A DNA stretch of 64,000 nucleotides from Heterodontus francisci (lineage: Eukaryota). Every line of letters begins with the position of its first letter. The first letter of the stretch is position 1. The translations under genes were made by a program, and so were the position numbers. This document shows positions 38,701 through 51,015 of the stretch, one piece after another. Location: positions 90,938,065-91,002,064 of the forward strand of contig NC_090385.1 of assembly GCF_036365525.1 (NCBI RefSeq), in the 5' to 3' direction. The notes beneath the pieces are model-generated. The model made no database searches. It saw nothing but the letters and a program-made list of their open reading frames with translations, and had not been told where the DNA came from.

Positions 38701-39631
38701 TTGAATGCTTATTGGACATTGAAAATAACTTGTTTAAAAAGACCACAGAGCAGTGGTTGAAAACATGGCTACACATTTGTATTCTGAGAGACAGTTGCAC
38801 AGAGAGACAATAGAAGTGCCCTCTGGTTCAATTAGCCAGATGAGTTTTGTCAATCATGATGATCAAACAACATTGAGAGTCGTTGTCTATGCAAGAGCCA
38901 GCATTCCACCCTGGCGCCCCCTACCCACTGAGTGTGCCTGATAAGCTTTGAAGAATCAACAAATCTCACAGGCGATGCTGTCTCAAACAAAGAGCTAGTC
39001 ACATGACTAACCTGCTGGCCAACCTGGGAATTGTTTGCAATGTGCATCACAGAAAAGTTTTGAGACAGACTGCTTTTGAAGACCAAAAGAGAAGCAAGGT
39101 CTCTCTCATTGTCTCTCTCTCACACAAAATTTCAGGGACCTACAGAAGTAACTTAAGCCTCAAGACAGAAGACCCTGCAGTCTTCTGGTACCAGTGAAAC
39201 AAGTTTGAAAGTGTGCACTGGGCCCCAACGAGAACTGCAAGACTTAACTTCAATCAAAGACTTTACATACAACCCAAAACCAGTAACTGAATTCCATCTA
39301 CTCCTTCAAACCTTTCCCCTTTTAATTCTTTCTCTTCCTCTGTATCTATTGTATGTGTGTTTGTTCTATATGCATGCAAGTGTGGTTGCTTTGCATATTC
39401 TCAGTAGTTTTAACTGAGTTAACGTTTTAAGGTTAATAAACTCAAGCCTTTCTTGTTTAAATCTGAAAAAACCTGTCTGGTTGATCCCTTTATAATTACA
39501 ATTAGAGAACAGTGAGCAAGGACTCACTGAGGGGAAGCTAAAAACTGTTTTAAAAGCTAAACCCTGTTACGGCCAAATCAAGAAAAGGCCGAGAGGGGAG
39601 CCCTAGACCCCTTCCACATCTTGTCGTAACA
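29734..39631 (+). mobile_element. Gmr1-like LTR retroelement A (RT-less), LTRs 29734-30548 and 38641-39631
   Basis: TGTGATGG..ACA LTRs, tRNA-Pro-like PBS tgggggctcctctgggat (30555), TSD ATAT; SCAN-like gag (IPKFNEGD..FEK...YELVLEAYHQKFR), CCHC, RDTG protease, integrase Zn finger AHE..YYRNCCMCQ. Confidence 0.9.
30896..35715 (+). mobile_element. Gmr1-like LTR retroelement B (RT-less) nested in gag of A, LTRs 30896-31710 and 34901-35715
   Basis: Highly similar 815-bp LTRs, flanks CTAGC/CAAGC; CFHCNKAGHLKADC, LRDTGA, integrase Zn finger ..YCRICHMCQ. Confidence 0.92.
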
Positions 39632-42178
39632 ATATATACACATTAATATTTACACTTTGCTTAAGCCTCCTTTGCTAGTATCCTGCTGCTACCTCTTCTT
39701 CCCCAAGCCTATTACTATGTGACTATTACATCATCACCCTTACAGTGGGAGGGGTTGCTCTCACTGTTTCCAACATTAACCCTTACATGTCCTTATACCA
39801 CATCTCCCCGTAAATCTTTATTCGACATTTTCTCAAACATATTTTCATTCTTGACTTATCTGCTACCCTTTCTCATCCCATGTCTCTGATTTCATAGATT
39901 TAGTCTGTTTGGAGGTTTCACGACTCTCCCTGATTTGGTTGTAGTCAGAGTGGGATGATCTGTAGTCTTCCTTGTAAGTCTGGATGGTTAACTTGGTTGA
40001 TCTTCGCAAAAGATTGTAGTATTCTGTTTTCTTTGGGTTTGTTCAACTTCATCTGGGTCTTCTAAATGAACGATTGGCTGTTGCTTCTGGGGAATAGGGA
40101 TAATGTTTCTCCTATTTCTACATATGTTTCCTTCTGTTGTGTGAACCACACATGATCTCTGGGAGTTTTCATCTCTGTGGATGACAGTCCTTCCCTTTCT
40201 AGGTCACGTATCCCTGCTCTCTGGCCATCATTCAGTTTTGTTAAGTCTCTGGCACAAAATCTTTTGTTGTAATTTCGAATTTCTTGTGTTCTATAAGATT
40301 TTTCCTGGTCTCTTACTCTCTCATAGTCCCAGACATTCAGTCCTGGAAGAAATTTCTTAGGCAACACAGGAACTTGCGTCATCTTCCTGCCCATCAGTAA
40401 CTCTGCAGGTGATAGTCCACACATCAACGGTGCAGACTGATAAATTAGAAGTGAGGTTGGAAGATCTTCACTCTTCTTCAGAAATGACTTGATGATTCTT
40501 ACAGTTCTTTCTGCTTCACCATCCGACTGTGGATAACGTGGTGAACTTGTGAGATGTTGAAATCCCATTCTTGTCACAAACTGTGTGAAATATTCATTCG
40601 CAGACTGTGGTCTGTTGTCTGCCAGTCTTTGTCACGGATACCAAGTGTCACAAAGATGTTTTGTAGAACTCTTATAACTGCTTCTGTTGTTGTTGAATAT
40701 AACCTTGAGAAGTCATCAATGATGATTATGTAGGACCTTCACTGAATATGAATAAATCCATATCTAGATGTTGCCAAGATCTGGATGGAAAATGAGGAGT
40801 TAACAGAGGTTCACACGGTTCTGGTCTTTGTATTACATGGATCTGGCCGTTCTGGATCAGAATTTCAATGTCTTTGGATATTTCTGGCCACCACATTGAT
40901 GATTGTGCTCTTGCTCTGCACTTCGTTGTTCCCATATGGCCTTGGTGTAGACACACTAAGATATCCAATTTCAATGAACTGGGAATGACTAGTCTGTCAT
41001 TGTAAACTAGCAAGTCATCAAAAATTGTGAAATATTTCCCATACTCGTAGAAGGTTTTCCTGGTTTTCTTGCAATGATGATCTTGTGGCCACCCTTGCAT
41101 GCAATACTGCCTGACGCAAATACATTCTTCTTGCAATTTCTGTATGTTTGCTGGCCAGTCTTGTGCGGTATATTGTAATAAGACTATTTCCTGCATAAAA
41201 TTCACATCTTGTTGTGTCGATGGTCTACCGTCGCTCTTGATAGCACATCAGTAGATGTTTGTTTCTTTTCCTGGACATATACTGTCTTATATGTATATCT
41301 CATCAATCTTAAACCAAATCTTTGGATTCTTGGAGGCATTTTTGCGATCTCCTTTTCATCAACAAAGATACCAAATGTTTATGGTCTGTCTCGATGAGGG
41401 CTCTCAATCCGACAATATAATCAGAAAATGTCTCACATGTCCTTGGCAAGTGCATCTTTTTCAATTACCTTGTTTCTGTGTCAGACAAAGCTCTAGATGT
41501 GCAGCATATTAGCCTATGAGAACCATCAGGTTGCTCCTGAAAAAGAACTGCCCCTAACCCAGCTGAGGATGCGTCTGCCGCTATCACCGTTGGTAGGGTC
41601 CGGTTATAGTGTGCCAAGATGTCCGGTGATATGAGCATGTCTTTAACCTTCTGGAATGCTTGTTCCAGGTGTGAAGTCCAACACCATCCTTGCTGTTTTC
41701 TGAGAATTTGTTTTCGTGGTTCTCTTACCTGCCATGGATCTGCCATTATATCTTTACTGCTCACTATCTGTCCCAAGAAACTAATTGAAGTCTTGGAAAA
41801 TTTGCATTTCTCTTTCAGAGTTAGCCCTGCATCTTAAGTCTCTGTAAAACTACTCGGACTCTTTGGTCATGTTCCTCACTGTCCACCCACGTATCAGGAT
41901 GTCTTCCATGTGACAATTCCTTTGAACCTCTCTAAGATGTTAGACATAGATCTTTGGAGGATTTCTGGTGTGGAAGTTATTCCAAACAGTAACTGATTGA
42001 AAAAAAACCTCACGTAAGGTATTATAAATGTGGTTAGTAATGTTGAGGTCTCATCTAACGGTACCTGCCAAAACACACAATTGATGTTGAGTTTGGTAAA
42101 GACGGTGCTCTGAGACAATTTTGCGAAGCTGTCATCCACTGTGGACATTGGGTGAATGTCACGTGTTACTGCCTTGTT

Positions 42179-44768
42179 ATAGAGTCATAGAATTATACAG
42201 CACAGAAACAGCCCCTTCGGCCCATCGTGTCTGTGCCGGCCATCAAGCACCTATCTAATCTAATCCCATTTTCCATCACTTGTCCTGTAGTCTTGTATGC
42301 TATGGTGTTTCAAGTTACCATCTAAATACTACTTAAATGTTGTGAGGGTTCCTGCCACTACCACCCCTTCAGGCAGTGTGTTCCAGATTCCAACCACCCT
42401 CGGGGTGAATTTTTTTTTCCTCAAATCCCCTCTAAACCTCCTGCCCCTTACCTTAAATCTATGCCCCCTGGTTATTGACACCTCCGATAAGGGAAAAAGT
42501 CTTTTCCTATCTAACCTATCTATGCCCCTCGTAATTTTGTGTACCTCAATTAGGTCCCCCCTCAGCCTTCTCTGCTCTAAGGAAAACAACCGTAGCGTAT
42601 CCAGTATCTCTTCATACCTGAAATGCTCCAGCCCAGGCAACATCCTGGTGAATCTCCTCTGCACCCTCTCCAGCGCAATCACATCTTTCCGATAGCGTGG
42701 TGACCAGAACTGTACACAGTACTTCAGCTGTGCCCTAACTAGCGTTTTATACAGCTCCATCATAATCTCCCTGCTCTCATATTCTATGCCTCAGCTAATA
42801 AAGGCAAGTATCCCATATGCATTCCTAACCACCTTATCTACCTGTGCTGCTGCCTTCAGTGATCTATGGACAAGTACACCAAGGTCCCTCTGATCCTCTG
42901 TACTTCCTAGGGTCCCACCATCCATTGTATATTCCCTTGCCTTGTTAGTCCTCCCAAAATGCATCACCTCATACTTCTCAGGATTAAATTCCATTTGCCA
43001 CTGCTCCGCCCATCTTACCACCCGATCTCTATCATTCTGTAATCTAAGGCATTCCCCCTCACTATTTACGACACCACCAAATTTCGTGTCATCTGAAACT
43101 TACTGATCATACCTCCTATCTTCACATCTAAATCATTAATATACACTACAAACAGCAAGGATCCCAGCATCGATCACTGTCGTACACCACTGGTCACAGG
43201 TTTCCACTCGCAAAAACAACCCTCGACCATTACTCTCTGCCTCCTCTCACTAAGCCAATTTTGGATCCACTTTGCCAAATTGCCCTAGATCCCATGGGCT
43301 CATCTTCTTAACCAATCTCCCATGTGGGACATTATCAAAAGCCTTACTGAAGTCCATGTAGACTACATCAACTGCTTTACCCTCATCTACATATCTAATC
43401 ACCTCCTCGAAAAATTCAATCAAGTTTGTTCGACACGATCTCCCCCTGACAAATCCATGCTGTCTATCCCTGATTAATCCCTGCCTCTCCAAGTGGAGAT
43501 TAATCCAGTCTCTCAGAATTTTTTCCAATAGTTTCCCAACCACTGATGTTAGACTCACCGGCCTGTAATTACCCGGTTTATCCCTGCTACCTTTCTTGAA
43601 TAATGGTACCACATTCGCTGTCCTCCAGTCCTCTGGTACCTCTCCTGTGGCCTGAAAGGATTTGAAAATTTGTGTCAGAACCCCTGTTATCTCTTCCCTT
43701 GCCTCATGGAACAGCCTGGGATACGTCTCATCTGGGCCTGGGGATTTATCCACTTTTAAGCCTGCTAAAACAGCTAATATTTCCTCCCTTTCAATGCTAA
43801 TTTGTTCAAGTATATCACAATCTCCCTCCCTAATCTCTACATCTACATCGTCCTTCTCCAAAGTGAACACAGATGAAAAGTAAACATTTAAAACCTCACC
43901 TATGTCCTCAAGCTCCACACACATATTGCTACTTTGGTCCCTAATGGGCTCTACTCTTTCCCTGGTTATCCTCTTGCCCTTAATATACTTATAAAAAGTC
44001 TTTGGATTTTCCTTTATCTTGCCCGCCAATGTTTTTTCATGTCCCCTCTTCGTTCTCCTGATTACTTTTTTAAGTACCCACCTACACTTTCTATACTCCT
44101 CTAAGCCGCTTTTTTCGACACTCTGAATCTGCCATAAGCCTCCTTTTTTTCCCTTATCCAATCCCTTGACATCCAGTTTTCCCTGGATTTGTTGGTCCTA
44201 CCCTTCACCTTTACGGGAACATGTTGGCCCTGAACTCTCACTATTTCCTTTTTCAATGACTCCCACTGGTCTGATGTTGTCTTTCCTATAAGTAGCTTCT
44301 CCCAGTCCTCTTTGGCCAGATCCTGTTTTATCATATTGAAATCGGCCTTCCCCCAATTCAGTACTTTTATTTCCGGTCCCTCTTTGCCCTTTTCCATAAC
44401 TACCTTAAATCTTAGAGTTATGGTCACTATCCCCGAAATGCTCCCCCATTGACAATTCTACCACTTGTCCAGCTTCATTCCCTAGGCTGAGGTCTAGTAC
44501 CACCCCTTTTCTTGTCGGACTTTCTACATGCTGGCTCAAAAAGCTCTCTGTATGCACTTTAACAATTCCGCCCCCTTTAAGCCTTTTGCACTAAGACTAT
44601 CCCAGTTGATATTGGGAGGTTGAAATCCCCTACTATTATTACCCTATTATTTTTACACCTCTCTGAGATTTGCCGACATATCTGCTCCTCTATCTCTCCC
44701 TGACTGTTTGGAGGCCTGTAGTACATTCCCAGCCAAGTGATTGCCCCCCTTTTGTTTTCTTTGTTTTT
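42179..44768 (-). mobile_element. CR1 LINE ORF2 inserted in the Gypsy RT
   Basis: ORFs 43250..44161, 42791..43021 and 42329..42763 carry CR1 RT motifs; splits the Gypsy VDLT|..NKAVTR segment. Confidence 0.95.
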
Positions 44769-45765
44769 AAAATTACGTTAAATCTACACAAATACGTCGA
44801 GTTCCATTTTGTTTCGGGACAGGGGCCATGGCCGAACACCACTCCATTGGTTGTGTAACTGGAGAAATGACTCCCTGTCTGGTCATCTCTTTCAACTGGT
44901 CTTGAACTTGATTCATCAAAGGGTGAGGTATCTTTCTGGGTGTGAAGATACACACTGGCCTGGCATTGTCCTTATGTGTGATTCTATATTCTGTCTTGAG
45001 TCTTCCGAGACCTGTGAAAAGTTTCGGGTAGTCTGCTTGAAAGCAACTGTTTACCTGTGGCTGTTTGACATCATGAATTTTTTTCATCAGATCAGGTCTA
45101 AGCATACTTTTCTACTTAGCAAGGAAAATTCTTGGTTTTGCAAGATTTAAGAGGTCTCCATAATTTATCTCCCTCTATATTGGAGAATTGCTTGAAGCGT
45201 ACCCTTCGCTTTCAGTTAACTCCCACCTGGACTATTTATTTAAAGAAACCAAGGACAATAATAGAGGCGGAGTTGTATTCTGGTTTGAAAATGTGTGTCT
45301 GCCGGTTGTAGGCAATGTCTCATCAACCATGGCTCTTGGTCTGACAGAACTGTGAAACCAGCACCTGTGTCCCTTCTAAAATTCATTAGGTATCCATTTA
45401 GGTAGATGTTTCCCATCCAAAATCCTTGATTTGGGTCATTCACTTCTCCTAGGAAATCTCCTGGTTCTTTTTCTTGTAGAAGTTGGTGCACTTCATTTAC
45501 CGCGCTGAGTGAAGGCGTTCTGCTTTATAACTTTGCGCGAAGAGGTCTTGCTCTCGCACATTTTCCCATAATGTCCAGTCTCTTTACAATTGAAGCACTC
45601 TTCTTTACTAGCGGGACACTGCTCCCGTCTGTGGATCTTCCTGACTCCACAGCGCTGGCATGGTTTCCCAGTGTCGTGCACCTTCTCACCTGTCTGTGGC
45701 TTTTTTTTGACAGATTGCCTCTCCATCTTTGGCTTCAAGAACTGTACGGACATTGGATTCCTTCT

Positions 45766-46293
45766 TGTCGAAGATATTTTAATAACTCATACGGAGACTT
45801 CGAGATTCGTTACTAGGAGTTTATTTGCGTGATATCACGGAGAGCCCGTACAGTCCGCACTGTCAGCAGCACTCTCTCGAACACTGAAGAGTGCTTATAT
45901 TTATACACCAAACTAAACAACTTTGCGCTATCAGTTCACATTCCCTGACATTTAGCATCCCAGACCCCATCAATTGTGCTTGAGTCTTCCTTTCATCCTC
46001 ATCAAGCTTGCATTCCTGAGTGCTTCGTGCAATCTGCAGTTACATCAAAGCAGCTGTCGTATAGTCTGATAAGAGGGGCCCTACATTCCTTATCAAGAGG
46101 AATTGACAGCATACATTTCACAAGAGCCCATTGTTGCAAACCACAAAGTGTTACATGATTATACCACAAAGGAACAGATGTCCTTATAATTACAGGAATC
46201 ACAGGCGTCAGCTAGTCTACTTTAACTATTTCATACCCACTTAGCAAGCATAATGCTTTTACTTATTTCCCATGATTATTATTTTCTTCCACA
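45766..46293 (-). mobile_element. Solo LTR inserted in Gypsy gag
   Basis: TGTCGAAGA...TCTTCCACA inverted ends, perfect 5-bp TSD CTTCT, minus-strand AATAAA near 45821. Confidence 0.9.
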
Positions 46294-47339
46294 CTTCTAA
46301 TCCAAGACTGTTCTTCAGCTTGCAGAATGGCTTTGTTTTGTCTTCGTACTTCCGCTTGTCATATGATCTGAATTGCCTTCTCAAGTTTAAGGTCATCTTT
46401 GGAATGCAAGAGCTCTGACAGAGATTCATCAGCAATTCCAACAAGTATTTGGTCCCTTATCAGTTGTGCCTTTAATTCTATATATTCACATCCTTCTGCC
46501 GATCTATATAGATCATTTATAAAGCAATCGATGGATTTGCCTCTTCTCTGGACGCTCCTGTCAAATTTCACTCTCTCCAGAATTTTATTACTGCATAGGT
46601 TAAAATATTTGTCAAAGGCTTGAATGTACAGCTTCAAATTTATCTGAAAACTTGCTTATCCCTTGCCTCACAATCATACTGCCTGCAATTGACCTTAAAT
46701 AATAAAAAGAGTGTTCACTTGTTCTGTTTCTGATTTGGTGTGGAGTTGGGAAGCAGTCCTAAATTATAGGAATCTTTTTTTCCTTGAGGCCCAATTTTGC
46801 ACCTGATTGGGTCCTTCCTGATTGTGGAAGCCTTCAGGCATTCCCAATTTTAAATCCATTCTGTTCCTTATGCTTTGTTCGGCTTTGTAGGGTATTCCCC
46901 TTTCTTTTTAAATTGTACAGGTTTCAATGGAGGTGTTCATGCTCTTTCTGGGGTTTTCCCGTGCTTTCTGATCATTCCCGTGCTTTCTCTCCACAGTCTG
47001 ACTGAGTAATGTCTGCCGACTCCACCTGACTCCCAAATCGCCTTTTCGCCCAATCGACCTCTCTCCCCACTTTTTCAACCAATGCACCGATACCAAGAAT
47101 GGACCCTTTGAAATTCACTCACCCAATCCCGGATTGTCGCCCGGCACTGAGACTCAGAACCCGATCGCTGAACCTGAATGCTTTGTTGCAGATCACCATG
47201 CTTCTGTGGTGCAGTCTGAAAGCTGCACGGCTGACTCACCGACTATCTGCATCTCCTTCGGCTGCGGTACAGCTCTGGAGCTCATAGCAGTCTCCTGACA
47301 AGCTCTGCTGTTCTCCTGGTGCTACTGCATGAGGTAAGG

Positions 47340-50300
47340 TGATGTTCAAAACCTCTCCTTAGAATCTAACTCTTGGCACCCTGGTAACATTCTGGTGAAT
47401 CTCTACTGCACTCCTTTCAAGGCCAACATATAAAATATGGTGCACTGCTCATAACCGTACACAAAACACCAAATGGTGCTACCCTACACCATGGGGGTAA
47501 CATATTGGCATGAATAGAAGATTGGCTAACTAACAGGAAACAGAGATTAGGTATAAATGGTTCATTTTATGGTTGACAAGATGTAACGAGTGGTGTGCCA
47601 CAGGGTTCTGTGCTGGGGCCTCAACTTTTTATTTTTTTGTTTTCCGCAATCACCTTTGATGTGCACCTTATCAAATGCTTCCTGAAATCTAAAAACAATA
47701 CATCCCCGTTATCCACAGCACATGTAACTCCCTCAAAGAATTCCAATAAATTGGTTAAACATAGAGACATAGAGAGATACAGCACTGAAACAGGCCCTTC
47801 GGCCCACCGAGTCTGTGCCGACCTTCACCACCCATTTATACTAGTCCTATATTAATCCCATATTCCCTACCACATCCCCACCATTCTCCTACCATCTACC
47901 TACACTAGGGGCAATATACAATGGCCAATTTACCTATCAACCTGTAAGTCTTTGGCTGTGGGAGGAAACCAGAGCACCTGGCAGAAACCCACGTGGTCAC
48001 AGGGAGAACTTGCAAACTCCGCACAGGCAGTATCCAGAACCTAGCCTGGGTCACTGGAGCTGTGATTGTAACCACTACGCCACTCTGCTGCCAACATGAT
48101 TTCCCTTTCACAAAACCATGTTGACTCTCCCTGATTACCTTGAATTTTTCGAAATGCCCTGCTATAACATCTTTAATAATAACTTCTAACATTTTCCCTG
48201 AGACAGATGTTAAACTAACTGGCCTGTAGTTTCCTGCTTTCTGTCTCCCTCCCTTTTTGAATAAAGGAGTCACTATTTTCCAATCTAACGGAATCTTCCC
48301 CAAATCTAGGGAATTTTGGAAAATTAAAACTAACGTATCAACTATCTCACTAGCCACTTCGTTTAACACCCTCGGATGAAGCCCATCAGGACCCGGGGAC
48401 TTGTCAGCCCGCAGATCCAATAATTTGTTCAGTACCACATCCCTGGTGATTGTAATTTTCTTGAGTTCCTCCCTCCCTTCCATTTCCTGACTAAGAGATA
48501 ATACTGGCATGTTAGCTGAATCCTCAATAGTGAAGACCAATACAAAATAGCTATTCAATTCATCTGCCATCTCCTTATTATCCATTATTAATTCCCCAGA
48601 GTCACTTTCTATAGAACCAATTCTCAATTTGTTAACTCTTTTCTTTTTTAAACATGTATAGAAACACCTACTATCTATCTTTTTATTTCTAGCTAACTTT
48701 CTCTCATACTCTAATTTTACCTCCTTTATCAATCATTTAGTCATTCTTTGCTATTTTTTATATTCTGTCCAATCTTCTGACCTGCCCCCCATCTTTTTGC
48801 AATTATAGGCTTTTTCTGTAAGTTTGATACTATCTTTAACTGTTTTAGTTAACCACAGATGGCGGATCCCACCCTTGGAATTTTTCGTTACAGTTTTCCT
48901 GCCAATCTTTGAGTCTAATTTACCTGGGCTAGATCCATTCTCACCTCATTGAAGTTGGCCCTCCCCTAATTAACTATTTTTACTCTGGTTTGCTCCATGA
49001 TCTTTTCCACAGCCAACCTAAACCTTATGATATTATGATCATTGTCCCCTAAATGTTCCCCTGTTGAAACTTGATCCATTTAGAGTTATAGAGTCATTTA
49101 CAGCACAGAAGGAGGCCATTCGGCCCATCGAGTTCATGCCAATTTTCTGTGGCACTCCTCTACTCAATCCCCATTCACCTACAAGTTTATTTCCTTCAAG
49201 TGCCCATCCCATTTCCTTTTGAAATCATTGATTGTTTTCATTTCCACTGCCCTCTTTTCCAGGTCATTACCATTTGCTGCGTAAAAAGGTCCTTCCTCAC
49301 AATCCTCCGCACCTGTTGCTTAAAACCTCCAATCCTTGTCCCCTAGTCCTTGTACCATCAGTTAATGGGAAGTGTTTCCTTGTATACCTTATCTAAGCCT
49401 GCCATAATCTTGTACACCTCTATCAAATCTCCCCTCAATCTTCTTTGCTCCAAGGAGAACAACTCAGCTTCTCCAACCGAACATTGTAACTAAAATTCCC
49501 CATCCCTCGAACCATTCTGGTAAATCTCCTCTGTACCCTCTCAAGGATCCTCACACCCTTCCTTAAGTTTTGTGGACAGTACATAATGCCATACTCTATT
49601 TAGGGCCTAACCAAGCTTTATAAAGGTTTAGCATAACTTGTACTCAATGCTTCTATTTATGAAGGCCAAGATGGTATATGTTTTGTTAACCACTCTCTCA
49701 TTATGTCCTGCATCTTCAAAGATCGATGTCCATGCACCACCACCACCTCCCCCACCCCCCCACCCCCCCCAGGTCCCTCTGCTCTTGCAAACTCTTTATA
49801 ACTTGCCATTAAGTCTATATTGCCCACCCTATCCCTTCTGCTGAAATGTATCACCTCCCACTTACATACAAACATACGAGTATATGAATTAGGAGAAGGA
49901 GTAGGCCATTCAGCTCCTCGACCCTGCTCCACCATTTGATAAGATCATGGCTGATCTGATTGTGGCCCCAACTCTACTTTCCTGTCAACTCACAATAACC
50001 TTTGACTCCCTCGTCAATCAAGAATCTATCTCACACGGTCTTAAAAATATTCAATGACTTAGCCTCCACTGCTCTCTGGGGAACAGAATTCCACAGACTA
50101 ACAACCCTCTGAGAGAAAAAAAAATTCTCCTCATAGCTGCCTTAAATTGGAGGCCCCTTATTTTTAAACTGTGTTCCCTAATTCTAGTCTCTCCCATAAG
50201 GGAATCGTCCTCTCAGCATTCACCCTGTCAAAATCAACTCAGAATCTAAGATGTTTCAATACGATCACCACTCATTCTTCTAAACTCCAGTGGATACATG

Positions 50301-50862
50301 CCCAACCTGTCCAAGCTTTCCTCATAAGATAACCCCTTCATCCCAGTGATCAGTCGAGTGAACCTTCTCTGAACTGCTCCGAATGCAATTATATCCTTTC
50401 TTAAGTAGGGAGACCAAAACTGTATGTAGTACTCTAGATGTGGTCTCACCAATGCCCTGTACAAGTGTACCAAAACTTTCCTACTCAATTCCCCTTGCAA
50501 TAAATGCTAACATTCCATTTGCCTTCCTAATCACTTGCTGTCACTGCAAACTAACATTTTGTGAATCATGTACCAGGACACCCAGATCCCTCTGTACCAC
50601 AGAGTTCTGCAATCTCTATCCATTCAAATAATATACTGCTTTTCTATTCTTTCTGCCAAAGTAGAGATGTTCACGTTTTCTTTCTCTGTATTAACTTCCA
50701 TCTACCGCTTGTCTGCCCATTCTGCTAGCCTATCTATACCCTGTTGAAAGTGTCTTATATCATCCTCACTGTTTGCCATTCCTCTAAGTTTTGTATCATT
50801 GGCAAATTTTGAAATTCCATTCTGTATTCCAAGATACAAGCCATTTATATGGAGCAAAAAGA
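47340..50862 (-). mobile_element. Cluster of nested CR1 fragments from several subfamilies
   Basis: ORFs 47905..48732, 50246..50500 and 50702..; CR1 3' tails near 49085 and 49875; short + fragment at 47493-47630. Confidence 0.85.
47763..48092 (-). mobile_element. HE1-like V-SINE
   Basis: Reverse complement of the 2810-3148 family; TSD AACAT. Confidence 0.9.
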
Positions 50863-51015
50863 NNNNNNNNNNNNNNNNNNNNNNNNNNNNNNNNNNNNNN
50901 NNNNNNNNNNNNNNNNNNNNNNNNNNNNNNNNNNNNNNNNNNNNNNNNNNNNNNNNNNNNNNNNNNNNNNNNNNNNNNNNNNNNNNNNNNNNNNNNNNNN
51001 NNNNNNNNNNNNNNN
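50863..51015. other. Assembly gap (153 N)
   Basis: Run of N between CR1 copies. Confidence 1.

Larger units (their letters stand above)
29594..47330 (-). mobile_element. Decayed Ty3/Gypsy retrotransposon (gag-PR-RT-RH-IN) with 3' LTR split into 39632-39802 + 29594-29733
   Basis: gag CCHC CFNCKETGHYGKMC (about 45600), PR DTGA (about 45370), RT ICVDLT and FWQVPL, RH ADASSAGLGAVL, IN HQGHMG and SSPRYPQSDGEAER; PPT ggggaga then TGTGGTAT...ACTACA; 5' LTR not found. Confidence 0.85.
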
